Source of the DNA: Octopus sinensis
Taxonomy: Eukaryota
Length of the DNA stretch: 64,000 bases
Direction: 5' to 3'
Assembly (NCBI RefSeq): GCF_006345805.1
Contig: NC_043015.1
Span: 23,374,001 to 23,438,000, forward strand
The first letter of the stretch is position 1, and each line of letters begins with the position of its first letter. This document shows positions 53,095 to 64,000 of the stretch, in pieces. The position numbers were made by a program, and so were the translations under genes. Under the pieces are notes generated by a model. That model was not told where the DNA came from, searched no databases, and worked only from the letters and a program-made list of their open reading frames with translations.

Positions 53095-54870
53095 ACCTTT
53101 CATTTTAACTTTATTTCAGCTGCTTTTAGTTGTTCACGTTGACTGGAGTTACCAGGGAGTTGCTTAATATACTTATCAGCTCCCTCCTTTATCATTATGG
53201 CTTCAGTTATGGCTTTAGTGAGCGGTAGCTGATCTTTACAGCCTTATGAGCCCTTGCAGCGTCCCTTCAGCTCTTCTGGAAACAGATTGCTTTCTTCTAG
53301 ATGTTTGCTCATTCTCTGTGATATTATTGCAGTTAAGGCTTTGTAAATTGTAGGGGAACAAATTATCGGTATGCACTTTTGTGGGTTTGCCGTTTCAGTA
53401 GATTTGGGATAAAGGATAGCTTTCCCTTCCGTGAACCATTCAGGCAGTGTTTATAGCCCTAACAGTATTTCATTAAATTTCTCAGCCACCGTTTTATGTG
53501 TTCCTGTTAGATATTTTAACTAGAAATTGGATGTGCTTTGGCGAAGATATCTTGCTTTAGCTGTTCTTTTACCTCAGGTATACCTCGTTCTGTAATTTTG
53601 TATTTACGGAATAGTTTTCTTCTCTTTTTGTTGCTTAGTAGTTTTGATTGTCTACTAATTTCATTAAGGATTGACAAATCGTTTCTCTTATTTTCTATTT
53701 TTTCTGGATATGGGGTATCCAGTTTCTTTTGTGACCACAGAAGCTGCTGTATATATTATATTGACATTTGTTCTGTGGCTATTAGTTCTGTGACGGCTAG
53801 GTTCATGCTATTTATTATTCATGCAGTTTTATTATCAATTTAAAGTTTTGTGAGGTACAATCGGTGGTCCATACTGATATCTGTGGCTTTGAAATGCTAG
53901 GTTTTAGAGTATCATAATCATTAGCTTCACCTTCACTGATTCCTGGTTTTAGATTTGTTTCGTATTCCTCTTGTTAATATATTTGATATTTGATTCATTA
54001 TTATACATTCCTACAGTTTGGGTTTGTTGTCTTTTTTGTTTACTTCGTTTTTGTTGGTTACGTCTGTCTTCATATTATACAGTCCCAGTTCTTATAATAT
54101 CATTTGGCATTGTGGTGTGGTTACTCTCTAGGTTTTCTTGATGTACTTTTTCTCATATAAATGTTCCATTCCTATTTCTGACATTTTTTGTTTTCTTTTG
54201 AGAATATATATCCCCCTGTGTTAGCAAGTTCATTAGGGCTCATTGTTGTATCCAAACTTTTATCTAGGTTACTTTTCTTCCAGATTTTATTTGTATATGT
54301 TGCGTGTTCGTCCTGTAGGCAGAGCACTGCTGTAAAATAAGATTGCAGTATTGAAATATATTTCTCACGTGTCCGTTTATGTTGCTTTGATTTTATTTAC
54401 AGGACATGAGAAATAACGTCGGACCTTTATTTTGATGGTCATCATTTTTGTAAGGTACCGGTCCGTTCATTTCTAGTGTTAAAAGGTTTTGTACGTGTAG
54501 CTTTCCGTTCATTTTGTGTAACAAGTTTAAAGTAAGTACTACTCATTTGCTATCCTTGGGTTGAATAATACGGGTATTATTGGATATATATTTTTTTTTT
54601 ATTTTTGTTTATGGTGGTTGGGGACGGAGATGGTCTGATGTTGATTGGATCGTAATGTGGCTAGCGTGTTTACACGTGCTGCCCGAGTGATGGAGATTAC
54701 ACTCAGTTGAAACATGTCATTTCATTTGGAAGATAGAAATGAATATTAATGAGTATTACTTCCTCGGATATAGTCCAAAACTTTGTCAGTTATTCTAGTC
54801 TCCATTTGTTGTCTTTATTCCCAATGGTTTTGGATAGATTTCGGAGCGTTTTTTTATCGCTTTCACATGG
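53095..54870 (-). mobile_element. Internally deleted R4-clade element bounded by (TAA)n on both sides
   Basis: Minus frames: IIYTAASVVTKE, KRRKLFRKYKI..VKEQLKQ, LPEWFTEGKAILYPK..NPQKCIPIICSPTIYKALT, GCKDQL, DKYIKQLPG. (TTA)n arrays at ~52978-53090 and ~54880-54985. Confidence 0.78.
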
Positions 54871-54896
54871 TAAGCGTCGATATTATTATTATTATC

Positions 54897-54935
<39 letters not shown>

Positions 54936-54944
54936 ATTATAATA

Positions 54945-54985
<41 letters not shown>

Positions 54986-55497
54986 CGTCAAAATTATCCT
55001 CGCCATTGTTGCTATAATTATAGTTTTTGTACTTAATATTTTTTGAAAGTCTTCCACTTCCATTTCGACCAGTAAACACACCTTAAACACACGTATACAT
55101 GCACGCGCACACAAAAACACTAACACACACATACACACACACACACACACACATGTATGTACGTATATATATGCACGTATGCGTGTATGTTTCTTTGCCT
55201 ATAAAACAGAAGAAATTTTGAAGTAGCAGAGTATATCACAAGAGTCATGACTTCATCTTAAGATCTATATTCCAGTCTTATGCTGATAACATGGCATTTT
55301 ACCAAGAAGGAATTTTAATAAGGAGTTAAAACGCTGGTTTCAGCATCTCATATGGTACCGAAGTGTAGAATAGTATCGCATATACAAAAGCATACACACA
55401 AGTAACTACATACACAAAAACAAATACACGGACACATCCCTTTCACACGCACTCACAAACAGATATATCAATATATATATAGATATATACATGCAAA

Positions 55498-55550
<53 letters not shown>

Positions 55551-56798
55551 ACATTCATATACATACATATATAGATATATATATATTCATATACATACGT
55601 ACATATATATATATACACATACTTACATATACAAACACACACACACACATATATATATATATGTGTATACATACATACATATACACTGAAACCTATGTAT
55701 TTATGTAAAAAACACAGGCATACCTATATAAATTCGGAGACATACACACATACGAAATTATATTTGAGACCGTGTGCTTCTCTAACCGAACACATATTCA
55801 CTAACAATCTATTGCTGGTACGCATATATGGAATGATACGTTTCAGTTTAAACATATATACTGATATACATAATACATATGTGAATGTTCGTGTGTGTGT
55901 GTTTGTGTGTGTGCGCGCGTGTGCGCGTAAGTAAATCATATAAATCTTAATTTCTGGTGAAAATATAGTTTGGAGTACAATATTTTTCAAAACTGGCCCG
56001 AAGGTCCTAATTTGGACTTTCATTGTTTGAAGACTTGAGGCAAAATACCAAGTAGTAGTCGTGACTGATATTGTATTCTACGGCAATAAAATGGCTATTT
56101 ATAATTCGCGTACATCTATTAATCTACGCACATAGGTACACACATACATACACACATACATATATAAATATGTTTATGTGTGTATATGTGAAAGTCGAAA
56201 ACAGAAGCGGGTCAATATAGAAGAAATGTTGTTTAAGTTAACACTTAAAATGTAGGCAGCGTCTTTGCGTTTCTGGCGTTAGTTTTACACTGGAAAAATT
56301 TAGCGAAGATGATTATATTTAGAGTGTAAAAGAGAAGGGAAAGAAAAATGAAAAGTAAAAACGGAGAGATGAGAGAGAGAGAGAGAGAGAGAGAAATGTA
56401 AAAGAATGTGAAAATAGTGAGAGGAGAGTTAGTCACGGGATATTTAGTGCAGTGTAATGAACAGTGAAATAGAAAAAAGGTTTTGTAACGGTTAAGAAAT
56501 ATTCTGAAAACAATGAAAACAAAATGGAAGAAAGGAAAAGACAAGGGTCCAATTTTGCAATTGCTGGGGCCTGAAATATACTGGTCAGGCATCCGTTAAG
56601 AGGATACGTAATGCAGGGTTGTAGCAGTGTTAAAAAAGCTCAAAATTGTTGGACTTTATGCAGTTCTTGATTCACTTTGGTTCCTGGGTGGACATACACA
56701 ACACCATCTCTTCGGTTATCTGGCCATCTGAAAAAACGCTATGAAAAAATACCGCTATATAACAGGAAATTACTGTGTTATAATTCCACTACTTATAC

Positions 56799-56892
<94 letters not shown>

Positions 56893-56942
56893 TATATATA
56901 TATATATATTATATATATATAATATATATATATATATGTATG

Positions 56943-56997
<55 letters not shown>

Positions 56998-57020
56998 ATA
57001 TATATATGTATTTATATATA

Positions 57021-57710
57021 GTCATCAAAAAAGGGGGCAGAATTAATTAATTGTTAATAAATTCGACCAAGCAGTATTCGGTATGTAAAGACCATTTACG
57101 GTGTATTTGAAGTATTAATTTATAAAAATATGGTAAAGTAAAAAAATTCACTTTACCACACACCGAACTTTTCAGAAATAGCAGCCAAAAATATGGCTAT
57201 TTCTTCAACTGCAAATAAAAGTCTCCAGACAATGCATACTCAGAAAATAAATCACATAGGTATAAGGGAAAAACAATGAAAGATCACATCCATATACGAT
57301 ACCCGAGGACAGTCTGTTTCTGGATTTGTGGGTAAAACGCCACTTTTCCTTCATCAGCTCAGAGATTTCTTCTGATTTAGATTTGAAAATACTAAGAATC
57401 AAACATACCCGTCCGATATCTGTAACATCGGACAAACCATGCCAGACACCCAGTACTAGCGAATCCAAAAATACGAATGAGATCTATTATTCTCCCTGTC
57501 CACCCACGTGAGTCATAGAGCATTACATTTCTACAGAGGTAAAGACTGTAGTTCAAATTCTTGGAGAGAAAAGCATTATATTGTCATCAAAAAAGGGGGT
57601 AGAATTAATTAATTGTTAATAAATTCGACCAAGCAGTATTCGGTATGTAAAGACCATTTACGGTGTATTTGAAGTATTAATTTATAAAAATATGGTAAAG
57701 TAAAAAAATT
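57021..57710 (-). mobile_element. 562-bp unit bounded by 128-bp direct repeats (retrozyme or Penelope pseudo-LTR-like)
   Basis: 57021-57148 equals 57583-57710 except one C/T difference; a hammerhead motif lies between them. Strand taken from that motif. Confidence 0.7.
57303..57362 (-). ncRNA. Type I hammerhead ribozyme-like motif (GUC site)
   Basis: Minus strand CTGAG-CTGATGA-AGGA-aaaGTGG(cgttttac)CCACaaa-TCCA-GAAAC-AGACT-GTC-CTCGG. Confidence 0.7.
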
Positions 57711-57795
57711 TGGGGTACTTAATTGTGCTCATGACTTAGTGTTTTGCTTCTTCCATGGGTATGAGTAAGTATCTCATTTATTTCTTTGCAACATT

Positions 57796-57849
57796 TATCA
57801 CTGACGAAGGGAGGGTTCTTAACGAACTAACCCTGAAATCGGTCCGATA
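57796..57849 (+). ncRNA. Type I hammerhead ribozyme-like motif (GUC site)
   Basis: TATCA-CTGACGA-AGGG(19 nt)CCCT-GAAA-TCG-GTC-CGATA; one A.C mismatch at the base of stem I. Confidence 0.65.
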
Positions 57850-58140
57850 TGGTAATAATGGAATTTTTTAGAAATTTCTGTCGGTTTTTTTCGAGTAGCG
57901 TGCGTATTGTGAAAAATTATATGGTAATGGAAAATATGTTAAATTTTCGGCATATTTGGCATTAAGAAAGTTTTTCGTTTGCCCTTATTTATAAGTTGTT
58001 TAAAATTTTAACCTTTAAATGTATTTTATAATATGCTGGCCATTGATAAAAAATTTTTTCGAAAGAAGTTTTATCGTACATTAAATATATATGTGTGTGT
58101 GTGTGTGTTTGTATGTGCATGTGTCTCTGTATATCCTTTT

Positions 58141-58476
58141 ATTCTTATGCTTGTTTCAATAATTTAACTGCGGCCATGCTGGAGTACCACCTTAGTCTTA
58201 TTCTTTATAAGCCTAGTACTTATTCTATTGGTCTCTTTTGCCGAAAGCTACATTACGGGGACGTAAACACACCAGCATCGGTTGACAGGCGATGTTGGGG
58301 GACAAACACACACACAAACACACACATATACGACGGGCTTCTTTCAGTTTCCCTCTACTAAATCCACTCACTAGGCTTTGGTCGGCTCGAGGCCATTGTA
58401 AAAGATACTTGCCCAAGTTGTCACGCAATGGGATTGAACTCAGAACCATGTGGCTGTGAAGAAGCTACTTACTACA
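58141..58476 (-). mobile_element. SINE family 1
   Basis: tgcttgtttcaataatttaactgcggccatgctggag...cgacgggcttctttcagtttcc...agatacttgcccaag. Confidence 0.88.
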
Positions 58477-58743
58477 CGCTTATTTCCTTGACGAACTTTA
58501 AGCAATTGGACTGTTAATCGACATCTATTTCATCCAAAACGTTCTAAATCAGATTTAATTCAAGAGAAATATTTGACGGTTTCGCATACTTATATCCCAG
58601 TAATTTTGTAAAACAAGAAATTGTGAAACAAGGTTCGTATGGATGTGCACATTATACATACATGCATTATATACATATATACATACAGACACACATATAT
58701 ATATATATATTTATCAAAATAAAAACATGATGCAGAGGATTTA

Positions 58744-58830
58744 GCGGTACATATGTTTCGGGCCTTTATTAGACGGTTATATCAATGCATAATTGATGTA
58801 AAATGTGTGTCAATAGCCTTCTTCAGCCGC
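58744..58830 (-). ncRNA. Type I hammerhead ribozyme-like motif with long stem II (GUA site)
   Basis: Minus strand GCGG-CTGAAGA-AGGCTATTGAC...ATCAAT(tatgc)ATTGAT...GTCTAATAAAGGCCC-GAAAC-ATAT-GTA-CCGC. Confidence 0.7.
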
Positions 58831-60193
58831 GTACAATTACTACTTCAAGGACATGAGTTTTACGTTGGAGATGCAAATCCTCATAGTCGCGTACGACAGG
58901 GCGAGGCACCAAAACAAAACAAAATCAAAGAATCCATCCCGTTATTCACTCGATGTATAATGAGGAGGCTGTATGTTGAGATAGAGAGGGAAGGAGTTGG
59001 AGGGGGGTTAATCTTTAGTGAGTTAGGGATCACAAAGAGGGAGGGTAGTAGGTGCAACATGTAGTAAAAGGGTAAAAAATTACAAAAGAGTAAAATTTAA
59101 AAAAGATATATAAAAAATATAAGAATATAAAAAAGTATCTAAGTATATATATATATAAATATATAAATACACACAGACGTGAAAAAAACATGGGAATATA
59201 AATAAATAGAGATAAAGATAAAGAAGCGAAAAATAAAGACGAAAAAAGTAAGGATAAAAAAATATATATATATAAAGGGATAAAGAAATATAAAGGGATG
59301 AAGAAATATAAAGGGGTGAAGAACTAAAAGGGTGGTCGGAAGATAACGTAATGTACAGAAAAAGGACATATTCCGGTTGTTGAAGCCTAAGGATGTAATA
59401 GCGAGTGTCATAAATTAACTTAATTGTCTGGAGACCAAGTGGATGGTCAATATAGGTTGTCTGGTTTGTGGTTAAATAGTTTATCTACTTTCTCGTAAAT
59501 TGTCTGTGTTACTAACGGTCAACATGTACACACGTTCACGCATGCATACATATACACATCCACACGTATATATATACATACGTACTCTCGTGTAAAAATA
59601 CCAACAGAGATACGCATATACATACGTCCCGCTATGTACAGATACCTAAACCCGCACAAACTAAATACATAAAAGCATATACGTTAACACGCCTCTGCAG
59701 ACGCACTCGTATACATACAAATACATACTCACACGTACATATATTAAGCCCGCACATCTACACACTTATATACGTATATGCGCACATACATAAATATCTC
59801 AATATACACATACATACGGAAGAAAGCGCATGTAGTTGGGTACAAGAACCCACGCGCATAAGTACGTATATACATACACGTACATACACACATACATACA
59901 CACTCACACACACGAGGAAGTAAATCCCTATGCATATACACAAAAATATGCATATATGCATATGCACAGAAACAGGAATATCTATTCGCATGCCTACGCC
60001 CGTGCATGCGCACCTCCATGCACTCGGACGAGGAGGAATTAGAAATGCGCATATAAGTATACATACGCATACACATATAGTTATATATAGTTATATATAG
60101 TTATACACACATATAGTTATACACACACACACGCACAAGCGCACATACCTATACACGTATAAGTATACGTACACACACACACACCACACACAC

Positions 60194-60267
<74 letters not shown>

Positions 60268-60425
60268 TCACTTGACCGACCAGGCAGTCAGGAGTTGTTA
60301 GAGATAGCTGGTCACATTGGGCCTTTCCATTCTTTCAGCCGACACACCCTACCGATCGAAAGGAGGACTGGGGTAACGTGAAATGGAATGCCTTGCTCAA
60401 GAGCACAACGTGCCGCCCAGTCAGT
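60268..60425 (-). mobile_element. Degraded SINE fragment (family 4-like tail plus CORE-like box)
   Basis: atcacttgaccgacc...gctggtcaca and gccttgctcaagagcacaa. Confidence 0.55.
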
Positions 60426-62178
60426 TAAACACACTTACTGCTGTAACAAAAGCCTAATACATACACACTGGCAGGGGAGTTAACCGCCCTATGACCGTCT
60501 CTGGAATGACAAGATTGGACTTGTTTTGACTAACCGTAGATATCATGAATAGTGAATATTCAAACAGCTTTCGGTTTGGCTGAATCTATCTGCAAGTATA
60601 TATATTTTTACCATAAAAATTTATGGCTGATTTAGCGAAAAGCTAGAAATAAGTGTTAAAGATTCTTAATGCTGTATCAATGCTGTGTCAAGAGTGCAAC
60701 ACACACACACACACACACACACACACTGACAGGGAAGTTAACAACCCGGTGATCATTTCTTGAATTACTAGACTAGATTTGTTTTGCCTGTGGGTTTGTT
60801 CTCTCCCCTCTCGATGTGTAAATATTGCGTTCTTCTTACAACTTTGAGAGACATTTACGAGAAAATAGTGAAAACAACAAAGTAATGCAGGCTGTTGGAA
60901 TTGTGAATAAATACTTCAGGATCCTGCAGAATTATTTAAGTAATTGTTTTGAAATGATTGTATTAAAACTGATTGTCAATAATAGAGATATATCTTCTTG
61001 ACAAGCTGTGGTTTTACAACTACAGAAGACTAAACGTGAGATGATTATATCGCTGTTTATCAACATTACTATCTTCATTGACCATAGCAAAGGAGATGAC
61101 ACAGCTACAACCTGAATTCTGTTATTCCTAACTGTAATCCGTTTTATTCGGAAACCATTAACACGCACAAGCATTCATATACACACACAAACATACACGC
61201 AAGCACACACACATTATTTTGGCCGGATCAGTCTCTCTCTAATTTTAGCTTTGCTTGTTGGTGAATAACACTTCGGCAAATTGCGACTGGCAACATACCT
61301 GAAGTGACTGCACACATGTAAACGAAACTCATGTTAATAACAGATGACACGATCCAAATAAAATGTAGTTTTACATTCTTTTTCCTGACAGTCGCAACTT
61401 CTAGATCAAACCAGTAAAGTTAAAAGATTCGTAAATGTAGAGGGAAATAGGTAGGTAGATATGCTCACACAAACATACTCACACACACACGTATACACAC
61501 ATACATATATACATACATAGATATACACACATATATATGAGTATGTATATATGTTTAAATATATATGTGTGTGTGTGCGTGTGTGTGTGTGTGTGTGTGC
61601 GTGTGTGCGTGTATTTATATATGTAAACATTCATACACATACACAGTGATACACACATATCATAGAAGTCGTGGTATAATTATGTAATGTAAACATTCGT
61701 TTTCAGATGAATTGGTAAATAAACTAGTTTATTATAACTTCAATCAATCTACTCATACATTTTGAAATGTAGTTTTAAATCAAATATTTCGGCATAAATA
61801 TATAAATACATACATATACACCTGTGTGTGTGTGGTGTGTGTGTGTGTGTGTGTGTGTTGTGTGTGTGTTTGTGTGTGTGTTTGTGTGTGTGCTTCTTTT
61901 TCTATTAAATAGTCATGTAAAGAATTATGTTATTGACAAAAACTTGAAATAGTTCAATAGAATTTTTATTGCCTTAAAAGATTAGATTTCCTTTTTGTTA
62001 TTTTCTTTGCCTTTGAAAGTCGAGATTCCAATTTTTTTTTCTTTTTTCAATAATTTCCTGACCTTCCACTGAGCAGAATTCTTTACAGTTAAGAATAGTA
62101 AACAACTTTATAGATACTGGTCGAAATATTGGTTTTCTCTTTCAAAACACTATCAGCAATTTAAAGCATTTAAGGACG

Positions 62179-62232
<54 letters not shown>

Positions 62233-62418
62233 GCATTAATCACAATATTATTTGAGTATTTTTATATTTTTTTAGATACATGAGTTACTTTGAAACTTGT
62301 GACAATTTTAAGGCTTCCAAGTCTGGTAAGATAAAAGCAAGGTGACTTCGCTACAAACTGTGCTAAAAGGTCTCTGCTGTAGATAATATGTTTTTTTCTT
62401 CTGGCTGTCATCATGTGT

Positions 62419-62502
<84 letters not shown>

Positions 62503-62788
62503 TATATATAAAGAAGAAGGGTAGTAATAATTGGTTACTACCAGGTGCCCAGCACAAAAGACGAATTAGTCATAAGACAAAATATTATTCATAAAGAAAA
62601 ATATTATTCATTTAGTAATACAATTAAGGGCTCCTAAATTAGGATGCCGAGTACTGGGAACACAAAAGGGAGATGAATTTATCGAGAGTGAAAATCAAAA
62701 ACGTTTACCGATAACTTTACACCTCGGACTGATCAGTTTCTGCCTCTTTCTAGCAAAACACAGAATATGTTTGCTAAGGCTGGCTTCA

Positions 62789-62836
62789 TCAATGAGTCGC
62801 CTAAATTGAGGCGACTCAATTTAGGCGACTCGTTGA
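62789..62836. repeat. Nested palindrome downstream of the gag-like ORF
   Basis: tcaat-gagtcgcctaaattgag-gcga-ctcaatttaggcgactc-gttga. Confidence 0.85.
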
Positions 62837-62944
62837 TAATTTTTTATAATTTTACAATTTACAATTTTACATTTTAACATTACATATATTCCAGTTCAAA
62901 ATGCAATTTTACATTTTATAATTTACAATGTTACAATTTTACAA

Positions 62945-63994
62945 TTACATAAATTCCAGTTCTGTTGGACGTTCGTCCGTAATGTACTTTGTTAATTCCA
63001 TCTGGTCTATCACATTTGGCAAATTGTCATAACATACATAATACGTTAAATAAACCTGATCAAACATACTTTGCAATTTAGTAAATGTTCCTTTATCTAC
63101 AACTACCCCTTTCACATCGTCATCATGCAGTTTTGGGTGTAATTTAACCCTAATTAATCCTTTCCTACCTGCAAGTCTTTTTTCCACTTCTGTGTCTTTC
63201 ACGTATAACATGAATACTTTCAGGTATTTTCCTACAGGTCTTTTTCCCTTCTTACAAGCATCCAACTGTTCTCTCACTTTTTTTCTCCATTCTAGGTTTA
63301 CCTCTGTCTTTGTCTGTTCGTCCTTTTCTTTGCACGTTCTCTCTTCTTTTTCTTCTGTTATCTTGCTTTTGATTTTTTTCTCTTTTACAACTTTCCGTGA
63401 TGATTCCACCCTTGTTCTCTTCCTATCTTCTGTTCTTTCATCCTCTGCACTTGCACGTTCTTCTTCCATATCATCAATTAGCTGCTCCTCCGTTTGTGCC
63501 TCCACTGCTTTCGTTTCCTCCTGCACTTCTTCCTCCTCCACACACATATCTTTCCACTCCTTCGTTACAGCCTCCGGTGTTATCGTTTTCTCCAGCGGGA
63601 ACACATCCTTCATGTGGCCTCTGAATTTGCAATTATAACAAACTGGAGGTCTTCCCTCTACCACGACTCTAAGCCGTGTCTCATCAGGGAAGACCAACTC
63701 CTCCGGGATGTTGTATAGGTCTGGCACGGTTATATGTGCCAGAACCTGTACCGCATATCCCCACCACTTAAATTCTGTTGACTTTTCCACCTTCACCACC
63801 TCCACACTTTCCTTGCAGTTGAAAACTACTGCCGCCAATATCCTCTCCATGTTAAGTTCAGGCGAAATCCTACTAATTCTTATTCTGACTGCCCTCTTTC
63901 CGCAGTAACTAGGTAATAAAGTCCAACTTTCCGATTTCAGAATTTTTGTCGCATTCTTTCTTGCTTCATTTTCATTTTTAAAGTGTACCACCAC
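62945..63994 (-). CDS. Gag/ORF1-like zinc-knuckle protein (Tx1/L1-type ORF1 or ZCCHC3-like), 5' end beyond the window
   Basis: At least 349 uninterrupted codons and the frame stays open to base 64000. VVVEGRPPVCYNCKFRGHMKDVFP is CX2CX4HX4 with F in place of the last Cys. An E/K-rich linker and a C-terminal globular-looking segment follow. Confidence 0.7.
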   Translation of the reverse strand: MVVHFKNENEARKNATKILKSESWTLLPSYCGKRAVRIRISRISPELNMERILAAVVFNCKESVEVVKVEKSTEFKWWGYAVQVLAHITVPDLYNIPEELVFPDETRLRVVVEGRPPVCYNCKFRGHMKDVFPLEKTITPEAVTKEWKDMCVEEEEVQEETKAVEAQTEEQLIDDMEEERASAEDERTEDRKRTRVESSRKVVKEKKIKSKITEEKEERTCKEKDEQTKTEVNLEWRKKVREQLDACKKGKRPVGKYLKVFMLYVKDTEVEKRLAGRKGLIRVKLHPKLHDDDVKGVVVDKGTFTKLQSMFDQVYLTYYVCYDNLPNVIDQMELTKYITDERPTELEFM

Positions 63995-64000
63995 TGTGGC

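Noticed and set aside
63192-63718. Plus-strand ORFs of 74-148 aa
   Set aside because: Antisense shadows of the gag-like ORF.

Overview
AT-rich, microsatellite-dense eukaryotic non-coding DNA. The SINE families and (TA)n/(CA)n/(TAA)n load suggest a coleoid cephalopod, probably Octopus (inference from pattern recognition, no search run). I found no recognisable host gene. Most ORF-track entries are translations of microsatellites. The window is a transposon graveyard: one Tc1 and two mariner transposase pseudogenes, five pieces of R4/Dong-clade non-LTR elements (four beside (TAA)n arrays), CR1/L2-like 3' ends, a Penelope-like RT remnant, an LTR end with a tRNA-Ser PBS, MITE-like foldbacks, at least four tRNA-derived SINE families, and an uninterrupted gag/ORF1-like zinc-knuckle ORF running off the right edge with no ORF2 after it. 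The main hidden signal is about ten type I hammerhead-ribozyme-like motifs (CUGANGA core, stem II, GAAA, short mostly palindromic stem III) on both strands. The most complete are 22585-22702(-), 57303-57362(-), 58744-58830(-), 25854-25896(-), 57796-57849(+) and 7662-7703(+). One lies inside a 562-bp unit bounded by near-identical direct repeats, resembling a retrozyme or Penelope pseudo-LTR.
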